Sequence record: AP019418.1
Direction: 5' to 3' (one strand)
DNA length: 64,000 nt
Shown here: positions 53,221 through 62,099 of the stretch, piece by piece
Numbering within the stretch: position 1 is the first letter of the stretch
Layout: each line of letters starts with the position of its first letter
The notes under the pieces: model-generated
Told to the model about the DNA's origin: nothing
The model's database searches: none
What the model saw: the letters and a program-made list of their open reading frames with translations, nothing else
Translations under genes and position numbers: made by a program

Positions 53221-53942
53221 ATGTTATTGGCATATTCGCGGTCATTGAAAATGCGGGTAAGATCCATCCGCTTTTGAATGCGCGCTAGTATCCATTTTAG
53301 TTGTTTAGTTGATAGTTCTTGATTTTGCTTGTACTCACCTGTAGCATGGATGTAATAATCAAATTTACGACTTACAGTAGTAGTATGTGCACATGCAATA
53401 GCAAATGCTTCAAGTGCAGTTAGTTTGGTTGATCCATTATCATTACAATTAGGGATAAACTCAAGTACACTATTAACTGCATCTACACCACTACCCAAAT
53501 GAGCCCAATCTTTCTTGGTGATGTTGATACCCATGTCTTTAAGAATAACTGTATATATGTCACCATTCTCCATAGTGAACATCATAGAAGTATTACCATT
53601 AAACAACCTGCGTTCTATGACTGGCAAGATATTTACTTCAACTTTAAACCAATCAGCTAAATCAACACCTGCGGTAAGGGCATTCAATAGATCATAAACA
53701 TTATCTATAGTTCCAGCAAAAGCCATAGTTTTAACACGTTTGCCTTGCCAAGTAACAGTCGGATGAAAAATTATCTTGTGGCAATCATTGTAATATACAT
53801 CTACACCTTCAGCTTTAGCAGTTAGATCAATATAACCGTTATCTAATACTGGAAGTCGCCCAATGCTATCAGTTGCATTATTCCGCTCAATTAATAGGCA
53901 GTCTGCAATCATGACTTTACCATCATTTACGATATATGTCAT
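53211..53942 (-). CDS. HslV/proteasome-beta-like Ntn hydrolase
   Basis: AAGGGG RBS before M-T-YIVNDGKVMIAD; HKI, FAGT, HLGSG and ALEAFAIA motifs. Confidence 0.65.
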   Translation of the reverse strand: MTYIVNDGKVMIADCLLIERNNATDSIGRLPVLDNGYIDLTAKAEGVDVYYNDCHKIIFHPTVTWQGKRVKTMAFAGTIDNVYDLLNALTAGVDLADWFKVEVNILPVIERRLFNGNTSMMFTMENGDIYTVILKDMGINITKKDWAHLGSGVDAVNSVLEFIPNCNDNGSTKLTALEAFAIACAHTTTVSRKFDYYIHATGEYKQNQELSTKQLKWILARIQKRMDLTRIFNDREYANNIWG

Positions 53943-53986
53943 TTTCACCCCTTATAATAAAATAAATAGGCTTAAGCGAAATAAAG

Positions 53987-54006
53987 CCCTCCCCGAAGGG
54001 AGGGCA
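53987..54006 (-). terminator. terminator
   Basis: GCCCTCCC-CGAA-GGGAGGGC. Confidence 0.8.
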
Positions 54007-54108
54007 TTATCAATAGGTGGGATCTCGGCGGCACCTTCATTTGCGGACGGGAACGCTGAAGGGAGATAGTCCGGGAGATCCCGATTTGGGTATTCTTTAC
54101 ATATGGTA

Positions 54109-54489
54109 TTACTGCAAGTATTTGTTCCCCGCAGTATAATCACCATTGATCCAATTTTTGATTACAACACTGATCCCTTCATTTTCTTTAACGGTAACCC
54201 CCAACTCAAGATCGATTGATTGATAAGCTACAGCCGCCAGTGTTAACCGAAGATAAACGGATCCATCTTTTTCGATATCGTAGGATACTACGAACCCGTC
54301 TTGTAGATTTTGTAGCTGGAATGTATTAGCATGTTGTGGGTGGAGACGATCCATATTGTACTCGACGACATCTAGTAGATATTGCCGAGCATCAGCAGCA
54401 TTATCAAATCCGAGATCGCACAGACCGATCGGATAGCGAGCTTGCGTGCATGTAACTTTCATAGATACTACACGATGTTGTTTGCACAT
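54109..54489 (-). CDS. hypothetical protein
   Basis: 126 aa, GAGGA RBS. Confidence 0.7.
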   Translation of the reverse strand: MCKQHRVVSMKVTCTQARYPIGLCDLGFDNAADARQYLLDVVEYNMDRLHPQHANTFQLQNLQDGFVVSYDIEKDGSVYLRLTLAAVAYQSIDLELGVTVKENEGISVVIKNWINGDYTAGNKYLQ

Positions 54490-54515
54490 TATATTTTCCT
54501 CTTAGATGTCAAAAA

Positions 54516-54537
54516 CCCTCCCCGATCAGGGGAGGGT
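54516..54537 (-). terminator. terminator
   Basis: CCCTCCCC-GATCA-GGGGAGGG with U-tract on minus strand. Confidence 0.8.
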
Positions 54538-54630
54538 ATCTCATTGGTACTTCTTCAGCAAAACTGAAACTAAGATAAAAGAGCAATCGTAAAGGAACTA
54601 CATAGAATAGTGTATTTCTTTTACTATTTT

Positions 54631-55044
54631 TTACACAACCTCTTTAGATGGGGGTTCTTTATGAATCCAGTCTAAAGTTGTTGGTAAACTATTATCTGAT
54701 CTGAAGGTACACACCGTCCGGAACCGAGAGTGATCAACTACAGATAATTGCCCGTTAATCGCAGCCTCATATTGCCTACACAACTTCACACACCTTTTCT
54801 CTAGATCAGTTGGTTCGTAACCTTCTTCTCTTGGTTCAGTGTATGGTCCATCCCAAAAGAATATTAATCTAAGATCAATCCCAGATTTATACTCCGCTTG
54901 GTATGAATATTGATGAACATCAAAATCATCTAATTCTTCAACTAGATGTGATGTTATTGTTCTAGGGTGTTCATGAGTTAATTCACTGTATATATGTTTA
55001 TTTCTAGGGTTTTGTAAATCAACTACGATAAGTTGACTAGTCAT
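54631..55044 (-). CDS. hypothetical protein
   Basis: Start revised to MTSQLIVVD directly after the upstream stop. Confidence 0.65.
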   Translation of the reverse strand: MTSQLIVVDLQNPRNKHIYSELTHEHPRTITSHLVEELDDFDVHQYSYQAEYKSGIDLRLIFFWDGPYTEPREEGYEPTDLEKRCVKLCRQYEAAINGQLSVVDHSRFRTVCTFRSDNSLPTTLDWIHKEPPSKEVV

Positions 55045-55045
55045 T

Positions 55046-55699
55046 TTAACTTTTATCCAGATGTCTATTACGAGTGCGTTCCACTGCTGTAGGTTCGACA
55101 GTGGCTCGCGGTAGATAAGTAATCTCCGGGAAAGTCTTATTAAGAGCATCTTCAATTAGCTCTTTAGCAATCTCTGCATCGATGTAATGGTTTAGAATAA
55201 TACCACGATGATACAGGAAGAAGCTGTATTCATCATAACCATGGCGAAGACTTACTTTACCACGATACCCACCATAGGTTAGAGTATCTTCGTTAATTTC
55301 ATTCCGATAAATATCAAGTTGGATATTATTTTGAAGATGCATTTGAATGAAGTCATTACTATCACCGCCGAATAGGGTTGGTCGTTTCCGACCAGTAACA
55401 ACATCTTGGATGGAATCCATTAGTCGGTTAATGTCTGTTTCTAATCGTTGGATATCACATTGAGAATTCATTGCTTCATGGAAACGAGTTACAACTGCAT
55501 TGAATTCTTCTTCAGTCCAACCACTGGTACGTTTTTCATAATCAACAATGATAATACCGAACCAGGCATAACCGTTAGAATGTTTTACTTTAACACATAG
55601 ATGAGGTACATTATCAGCACCTGACTGATGGTTAACAGTGTAATTATTATTACGGCTGATTACTAGTTTGATAAAAGGTAGACTAATGATTGACGCCAT
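55046..55699 (-). CDS. hypothetical protein
   Basis: 217 aa, AAAAGGA RBS. Confidence 0.75.
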   Translation of the reverse strand: MASIISLPFIKLVISRNNNYTVNHQSGADNVPHLCVKVKHSNGYAWFGIIIVDYEKRTSGWTEEEFNAVVTRFHEAMNSQCDIQRLETDINRLMDSIQDVVTGRKRPTLFGGDSNDFIQMHLQNNIQLDIYRNEINEDTLTYGGYRGKVSLRHGYDEYSFFLYHRGIILNHYIDAEIAKELIEDALNKTFPEITYLPRATVEPTAVERTRNRHLDKS

Positions 55700-55847
55700 G
55701 GAAATATTCCTTTTGTATTTTTTAAATTAAAGTAGGAGTTATTATTGAGTTTCAACTCAATACATCAATAACTCCAGTATGTTTTCAAAATTAAATACAT
55801 GTATTTACAGTTACATTGTAACCAGTTAGTTTTGCCAACAATACAAA

Positions 55848-56036
55848 TTAGCGAACCTGTTCGATTTTTTCAGAAACAATGAAAATATGTGCAATACGAT
55901 CCTCATCAACATACCGATATCGAAATGAGGTATAACTAGATGACACATCCGTATCGTTTAAATAGGTGATATTAAAATCATCTACTTCCCTACCATTAGC
56001 AGCCGCAACGGTATTTAGAATGTTGAGTAGACTCAT
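55848..56036 (-). CDS. small hypothetical protein
   Basis: 62 aa, AAGGA RBS. Confidence 0.65.
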   Translation of the reverse strand: MSLLNILNTVAAANGREVDDFNITYLNDTDVSSSYTSFRYRYVDEDRIAHIFIVSEKIEQVR

Positions 56037-56059
56037 TTTACAGATTCCTTTTTAGTATA

Positions 56060-57586
56060 TTAATATTTCAATAGACTATTGATAAAAGCATTAGGGTCAT
56101 AACGGTTATTTGAAAAAGCCGCCATTACATCACACCCTGGCTGATCTTTAAATCTGATATCTTCAGGAATATCGAAGTCAGGGAACATTAGTTTAATATA
56201 CTCCCTAACTTCTTGATCTCGTAGATATGGAATCTCCACCATGTAATCAACGCGACCTTTCCTTAGAAGTGCTTTATCAATATTCTCAGGATGGTTTGTA
56301 GTTAGAATGGTCATAGTCTCATCTAGTGGAACAATGCCATCTAGCCCATTTAATAGAGCTGACAAAGTTAATCCGCTAGCTGGTTGTTCATACGTGATTC
56401 CATTCTTCATGCACTTCTTTAATTTCCACCATCGGCGAATTGTGGTAAATAATGGATCTTTTTCATCGGCCCATTTTGAAACACCCAGTTCAGCCATAGC
56501 ATAAGCACTTATCCCAAAACCTTGATCATCGCTATTTTCATCAAAGATATAGATGGTGTCATTAAACCCAACTACAGAGTATCCTTCATAGTCATCTTTA
56601 AGATCAACCCATGCAGACGGATATTTTTCAATTAAATCAATAAAAGAATATTTCCTCTCTAATTCCTTTATCTCTTTATCTAGTTTTACAGGATCATTTA
56701 AAACACGATCTTTAACTGCCGGGGTATCATCGAAATCTTCAATTAGAAGAATATTACCTTTAGGTAGTGTAGTAAATGCCCGCCTAAGACTATCATTGGT
56801 CATAGAGGCTAATGACAGTGCACTAACATTTTTATTAAAATGTGAGGCAATCGCTTTACTGATTGAGGTTTTACCAGTACCAGGAGGACCTGTTAGAACA
56901 CAAGTGAATTTATAGGGTAGTCCACGATCATCGTACCATTTCCGATCAGAATAGAATTCTTCAATCTTATTAAGGAATTCTTCTTTGATCTCTTTACGCA
57001 AAATCACCGTGTTGATATCGCGTTTAGTAACTTCAATCTCATTGCCCCAACGGTTACCATCCCAATGTGAAATAGTCAGACCCCTTTCATTTGGGCGCCA
57101 ATGGTAAGCATCTACTAAATCAATAATTAGTTTACTACTCCTAGATAATCCACGGATAGTAATATCCATTTGATCTCGACTGGCATTTTGACTATCCCGG
57201 CGTGCTTTTACAAACCAGAATAACCTACCTTTAAACAGAAAGAAATGTAAGCCAAAACCAACACCAATTTTCTGTTTAGTTGCACTATAACTTTGCTCAT
57301 CAACATTAGTTGAAAAACGTCGATTAAATCCAGCTAATGGCTGCTTAATATACCATTCCATGAAACAATCAAAGTTCTTCTCGTTCAGCCCATTACCCAT
57401 GTTGGTAATATGTAGACTAACTGTAAACTGATTTAATGCGAACCTAGCTAGTTTACTTGGTAAGCCTCTTAGAGTGGTCCAGAATAAACCACCAATTGCC
57501 ATTCCGATAGCTCCACCCATAACCATATTCTTCTGAGAGATATCGATGAACATGGCGTAATATTGCAATAAGGTTTCTATAATCAT
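56060..57586 (-). CDS. Bcs1-like membrane-anchored AAA ATPase
   Basis: N-terminal TM, BCS1_N-like region, KWYDDRGLPY, GPPGTGKT, LLIEDFD, LTLSALLNGLDG, TTNH, LLRKGRVD. Confidence 0.88.
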   Translation of the reverse strand: MIIETLLQYYAMFIDISQKNMVMGGAIGMAIGGLFWTTLRGLPSKLARFALNQFTVSLHITNMGNGLNEKNFDCFMEWYIKQPLAGFNRRFSTNVDEQSYSATKQKIGVGFGLHFFLFKGRLFWFVKARRDSQNASRDQMDITIRGLSRSSKLIIDLVDAYHWRPNERGLTISHWDGNRWGNEIEVTKRDINTVILRKEIKEEFLNKIEEFYSDRKWYDDRGLPYKFTCVLTGPPGTGKTSISKAIASHFNKNVSALSLASMTNDSLRRAFTTLPKGNILLIEDFDDTPAVKDRVLNDPVKLDKEIKELERKYSFIDLIEKYPSAWVDLKDDYEGYSVVGFNDTIYIFDENSDDQGFGISAYAMAELGVSKWADEKDPLFTTIRRWWKLKKCMKNGITYEQPASGLTLSALLNGLDGIVPLDETMTILTTNHPENIDKALLRKGRVDYMVEIPYLRDQEVREYIKLMFPDFDIPEDIRFKDQPGCDVMAAFSNNRYDPNAFINSLLKY

Positions 57587-58368
57587 ACTAGCATCCCTCT
57601 GGATAGCTTAGGAAAATATTGTCCACAGATCATGTATTCACGTTCTAGAAAATCTAGAGTATGACTTTCAAATATTTCACCTACATCTTTACCATAGATT
57701 TCCGTATACCCATTTTTGAATACGGCCATTACATAAACATCAGACATAGTCATGCCGTAGTTATAAATTTGATTGTCTCTGTATTTTGGATGAAATAGGT
57801 CATATAAAAAACGAGTCATTGAACTATTGGCAACAGTTGTCACCCCTTTCTGCTTTAAGGCATAACGTACTTGTTTAACCACATAGTTAACTTTAGAGCG
57901 CTCGCCAAATACCGTCAGTTTATCTACATTGCAATTACGATATCCCATAACATCAGGATTAGCTATCACGGTGTGTTTTGGAACACGTACATCAAAGATA
58001 ATGCCATTAGGGGATAGAATAATCTTTTCATGGTTAAATAGAACATGAAATAAATGTCGTTCTGGTTTAGTGATTTTGATACTTAACCCAATCACTCCAC
58101 TAATCTTTCTTTCTAGATCTTCTAGTGACTGCATCACCATGTGATATTGATTGAAGAAAGCATTGTTCTTATATTGATCTAATTCAAAGTATTTCCAACT
58201 TCCACGAAAATGAATAGCATGGCTTTTGGTATAACCTTTAGTTAATCGACACTTGAGTTTGTCAAACCAGCTTTCAAGATAACTCTCGACTGTAAAACCA
58301 AGTGGGTTATTATTAATAAGTTTATTGGAATATGATAAGCTAAATCTGTACATAGTTCGACGATGCAT
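57583..58368 (-). CDS. hypothetical protein, paralog of 58425..59297
   Basis: AGGA RBS before MHRRTM; overlaps AAA start; shared motifs with upstream gene. Confidence 0.7.
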   Translation of the reverse strand: MHRRTMYRFSLSYSNKLINNNPLGFTVESYLESWFDKLKCRLTKGYTKSHAIHFRGSWKYFELDQYKNNAFFNQYHMVMQSLEDLERKISGVIGLSIKITKPERHLFHVLFNHEKIILSPNGIIFDVRVPKHTVIANPDVMGYRNCNVDKLTVFGERSKVNYVVKQVRYALKQKGVTTVANSSMTRFLYDLFHPKYRDNQIYNYGMTMSDVYVMAVFKNGYTEIYGKDVGEIFESHTLDFLEREYMICGQYFPKLSRGMLV

Positions 58369-58397
58369 TTTATATTCCTGCCAAATAAAGAAAAAAT

Positions 58398-58419
58398 AAA
58401 GGGCTCCGAAGAGCCCTTT
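58398..58419 (-). terminator. terminator
   Basis: AAAGGGCTC-CGAA-GAGCCCTTT with U-tract on minus strand. Confidence 0.85.
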
Positions 58420-58424
58420 ATGTA

Positions 58425-59297
58425 TTAGATTTTTACAGACCAACTTTGCTCGAATTCCTGATATAGGAAATTGTCTGACGCATTATCCCAATTTTCTCGA
58501 TCAGTTACACCATAATAATGGAATTCTAGTTCAGTAGGTCCACCAACAAAACCATTCTTAGCATAGCTATAAACTTTGCCATTGGTTAGCTTAATCAGTG
58601 TATCCACATAGAAACTATTACGGTTCCATATTTCATTGTGGATGTACTTAAATACCACACTGTGGATATACTTAAATTGCGCACTTGGTTTTCCGAGTAC
58701 ACTCCAATAGAATTTACGGATACCTATTTCGGTCTTGAAATTAAACTCTCCGTTGCGAATGTTGTTAGAAACAATACGTGCCAGTTTATTAACCCGATTT
58801 TCTTCACCGATTAGATAGATCCCGGAAACACTACATCCATCTCCTATTGATCCATTATTAACTAGTGGATCAACACCATATTCATCAGTGAAAATGGTTT
58901 TGATAACCTCTTTACCTTCTCGACGCACTAACATATTCAGGTGACCATCTTCGATATATGACATATGGCTAGGCTGAATATATTCACTTGTATCGACGAT
59001 AACATCATTCGCCATTACATTAAACTGTAGATGGTTTACCAGATCACTAATACCTTTAAAACGAATGGCTTGGTTCGCTGTATTTAGATCGACATACACC
59101 ACGACATCAATAATGCCTTGTTTTAGTGATTTGTCATCTTTGTCAGTAGTTGTATCAATTTTTACGTAATTTTGATATAGTTCACTAAAACAAGATATGA
59201 TGTCATCATGTAGTTTAATTACATCAGATCCATTTCGTTCAAGCGCTTTAAGCGATACGTTAAAACCAATACGAATTTTATTAGAACGACGTGCCAT
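58425..59297 (-). CDS. hypothetical protein, paralog of 57583..58368
   Basis: 290 aa, AGGTG RBS. Confidence 0.75.
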   Translation of the reverse strand: MARRSNKIRIGFNVSLKALERNGSDVIKLHDDIISCFSELYQNYVKIDTTTDKDDKSLKQGIIDVVVYVDLNTANQAIRFKGISDLVNHLQFNVMANDVIVDTSEYIQPSHMSYIEDGHLNMLVRREGKEVIKTIFTDEYGVDPLVNNGSIGDGCSVSGIYLIGEENRVNKLARIVSNNIRNGEFNFKTEIGIRKFYWSVLGKPSAQFKYIHSVVFKYIHNEIWNRNSFYVDTLIKLTNGKVYSYAKNGFVGGPTELEFHYYGVTDRENWDNASDNFLYQEFEQSWSVKI

Positions 59298-59338
59298 GGT
59301 TATATCACCTATGTTAAATTAATGAATTATTTATTCAA

Positions 59339-59701
59339 TTACCGTACTACATCTGTGATTAGAATAAGTTCACCATCACTATTGATAACACTATAGCTTT
59401 TTACAATTTCGATGCGCTTACTAATAATCTTATTCTCTAGATCTACTTTTACGATATTAACACGAATTACCTTATTCGATTGATCATGCATTTCTTTAAA
59501 AATGCATTCGATATTTTTACCAATGACAGCTTTTAATTTTTCAATGCTGTCAATGGATGAATATTTAAAACTATATGCTTCTGCCAGGGTTTTTGCATTA
59601 CCCACAACCGTAGTTAGGGTACCCCAATAATCATAAACATACAACGCAGTATCACTATTGGGATTATCGATAATTTCAATTATAAAATCCACTTGTATCA
59701 C
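59339..59701 (-). CDS. early hypothetical protein
   Basis: GTG start, AGGAG RBS, early promoter upstream. Confidence 0.65.
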   Translation of the reverse strand: MIQVDFIIEIIDNPNSDTALYVYDYWGTLTTVVGNAKTLAEAYSFKYSSIDSIEKLKAVIGKNIECIFKEMHDQSNKVIRVNIVKVDLENKIISKRIEIVKSYSVINSDGELILITDVVR

Positions 59702-59728
59702 TCCTATTAGTTTATTGATAGTACACTT

Positions 59729-59745
59729 GTAATATAGATCTTAAA
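59729..59745 (-). promoter_or_regulatory. phiKZ-type early promoter
   Basis: TTTAAGATCTATATTAC, identical to 7649..7665. Confidence 0.8.
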
Positions 59746-59756
59746 TAAATTATGAT

Positions 59757-60221
59757 CTAACCATTTAAAATAGATAAAGCCTCTATATGCCAATGGTGTA
59801 TTAGTTCTTCTTTACTAATAATATTATTGAAGTAGTTTAACCGATGTGATACCATTAATTTAGAATACATATCGACTTCACTACTTACCTTAATCACCCC
59901 AGTCTCTAATAATTGCAGAGAGCCAACATACGCAAATAAAGTTGGTTTTAAATACCAGTGTTCCCTATATTGTTTTTGATCAGGTACATTTCCTATAATG
60001 TAGTCAGTAGAATTACTTCGGTATGCGTAAATAGTTGATTTAGAACCAAGTAAATTAAGATCGATATCATAACTCCCGCTTTTAGCTGCAATACATTCAA
60101 TAACTGATGGGGCCACACATATACGGTTGGTTACACTGTCTTCGCCATCAGCTCTATTACTTGGAATATATGGCCTTAATAAAACATAATCCCCAAGGTA
60201 TACTGTCGATATGTGATACAT
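59757..60221 (-). CDS. ADP-ribosyltransferase-fold-like protein
   Basis: MYHIS...LRPYIP...GEDSVTNRICVAPS...IYAY...VPD...REHW. Confidence 0.5.
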   Translation of the reverse strand: MYHISTVYLGDYVLLRPYIPSNRADGEDSVTNRICVAPSVIECIAAKSGSYDIDLNLLGSKSTIYAYRSNSTDYIIGNVPDQKQYREHWYLKPTLFAYVGSLQLLETGVIKVSSEVDMYSKLMVSHRLNYFNNIISKEELIHHWHIEALSILNG

Positions 60222-60236
60222 AATTAACCTATTTAA

Positions 60237-60764
60237 TTAAAACAGATAACGCTCTGTTACTGAACGATATTGTGACATGATGTTTAATGGATCAACATCC
60301 ACTGGTGCTTTAGTGACAGTTAAGCGAGCACCTTTTAAAAATTCACCAATATCTAATTTCCTTACAGTAACATCATGGATAGTGTTTTTCGTAATCCACT
60401 CAGTATCAATGCTATTGTGAGGATTATTATTCTTAATCCATTTGTCAGAGTCCCTAAATGGAATGGTATAAACATACACAACCATTTTTAAAATATCACT
60501 TTTATCGATATTATTTTGACAATAGATTGTAATATCCCTATCAACAGTAGCATATCTATCACTATCAAATAACTTTTCGATAGCGCTACCAATACCTAAA
60601 TAAGATGCATCTTTTTCAGATGACGTTGCATATAGGTATTGGTTAGACTCAATACCATCCCACATAACAAGTTCACCAGATCTTTTAAATCCTGGCATTA
60701 ATTCATCTTGTTTATAAAGAGAACCATGGTAAAGTAATTCTGGTTTATTCATAATAAAATCCAC
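60237..60764 (-). CDS. Arr-like ADP-ribosyltransferase-fold protein
   Basis: LYHGS...LMPG...YLYATSS...VYVYTI...NPHN...TEW (H-Y-E-type arrangement). Confidence 0.55.
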   Translation of the reverse strand: MDFIMNKPELLYHGSLYKQDELMPGFKRSGELVMWDGIESNQYLYATSSEKDASYLGIGSAIEKLFDSDRYATVDRDITIYCQNNIDKSDILKMVVYVYTIPFRDSDKWIKNNNPHNSIDTEWITKNTIHDVTVRKLDIGEFLKGARLTVTKAPVDVDPLNIMSQYRSVTERYLF

Positions 60765-60798
60765 TATGCTTTATAAGAGTTATGGTTATCAATTAACT

Positions 60799-61155
60799 TC
60801 AAGGTAGTAGTGTGGCAGTATTGAAGTGATTGGTTACTGCTTCGATCAGCATTTGCTCGATGTTGATTTTGTAGTATTCTGGTTCTTCGTTCAATTCCCA
60901 AATAATAGTCGCACGTAATAGTGCAGGTGCTATGAATCTAACTACCTTACCATGTGTGTCAAACTCTACATTGAACATTGCATATTGTTCAGTAGTATGA
61001 TTTTTATAGAAAATGAAATTACCAGCGTAACTGCGAACCTCTATTTCACCATGAATACTGGAGTAGGTTTCCTGGTGGAATACTTTACCTTTAAGGCGTG
61101 TATTCTCTTCAATGATATTTACCAATTCTTTCAATTTGTCTTTATCTAGTTGCAT
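60799..61155 (-). CDS. hypothetical protein
   Basis: 118 aa, AGGA RBS. Confidence 0.7.
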   Translation of the reverse strand: MQLDKDKLKELVNIIEENTRLKGKVFHQETYSSIHGEIEVRSYAGNFIFYKNHTTEQYAMFNVEFDTHGKVVRFIAPALLRATIIWELNEEPEYYKINIEQMLIEAVTNHFNTATLLP

Positions 61156-61195
61156 TTGTAGGTTCCTATTAATAAATGTATACGATGGATATCTT

Positions 61196-61558
61196 TTACG
61201 ATTTCCGGTGCTTATCCATATCTAGTTTTATATCAGTATATATCTTGAATCTATTAGATAGGCTATCCATATCTACGCGCAATGCCCGAATATGCATATC
61301 AGTATCTTTTGGTTTACCTTCAGACTCCCATACAGCTTCTGCGATAACAAATGCTACATTGTTCAAATAGTATTCGACTTCATGTTCATCGAGTAAAAGA
61401 GCATCATGGAAACCAATACGTGATAAAATGGCATAATCACGCTGATTAACATCTCTCCAACCTTTACGTACTAAATAACTTTTACCAATTCCACCTTTGC
61501 CACTTTCACTAATAATTTCTACAATGAACTTATCATGCCATTTATAATCCACAATCAT
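61196..61558 (-). CDS. small protein with ParA/MinD-type Walker A
   Basis: SGKGGIGKS and ALLLDE in only 120 aa. Confidence 0.6.
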   Translation of the reverse strand: MIVDYKWHDKFIVEIISESGKGGIGKSYLVRKGWRDVNQRDYAILSRIGFHDALLLDEHEVEYYLNNVAFVIAEAVWESEGKPKDTDMHIRALRVDMDSLSNRFKIYTDIKLDMDKHRKS

Positions 61559-61565
61559 TACTCCT

Positions 61566-62099
61566 TTATTTAATCAGCTCCATCACTAGAGGAATGGATA
61601 GGCTTATGCCATTAGCCATTTTAGCTAGGATACTATGGACATCGTTTGCTTCTTGGACATTGGTGCAAGGTATAGAGATAGCGTCACCATAGTAAGGACT
61701 GTAGTTAATACGGTTGCCATATACACCACTTACAAAACTATAATCTAATCCATCCGTAGTGGTCATAATAACTACAACATGATCATCCCCAACCATACCG
61801 GATTCCAGATAGTCACATAGTTCCAGTTTTTGTTGCATACCTCGTTGACAGATCCACACTTCATGGTATCGATGATAGGGATATGGGGCACATGCTACAT
61901 CATTTTCACTAACGAAGTACATAGTCCCCCAGTTGTAAGATTGGAATTGGGTTGTTTGTTTATGGGCTTCCCATACCTCCTCCATACAAAAGGTATGTTT
62001 ATTAACCCATAGACCATCGTTATTAAGACTATCAACGATTCCATCGCGAACACGTACTACACGAAGTGTTTTTGCCATTTTTAATACCCCTGAATTCAC
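61566..62099 (-). CDS. hypothetical protein
   Basis: 177 aa (start possibly MAKTL at 62078). Confidence 0.7.
   Translation of the reverse strand: MNSGVLKMAKTLRVVRVRDGIVDSLNNDGLWVNKHTFCMEEVWEAHKQTTQFQSYNWGTMYFVSENDVACAPYPYHRYHEVWICQRGMQQKLELCDYLESGMVGDDHVVVIMTTTDGLDYSFVSGVYGNRINYSPYYGDAISIPCTNVQEANDVHSILAKMANGISLSIPLVMELIK

Noticed and set aside
56372-56728. AAA insertion as a mini-intein
   Set aside because: Lacks the N-terminal Cys/Ser block and the terminal His-Asn
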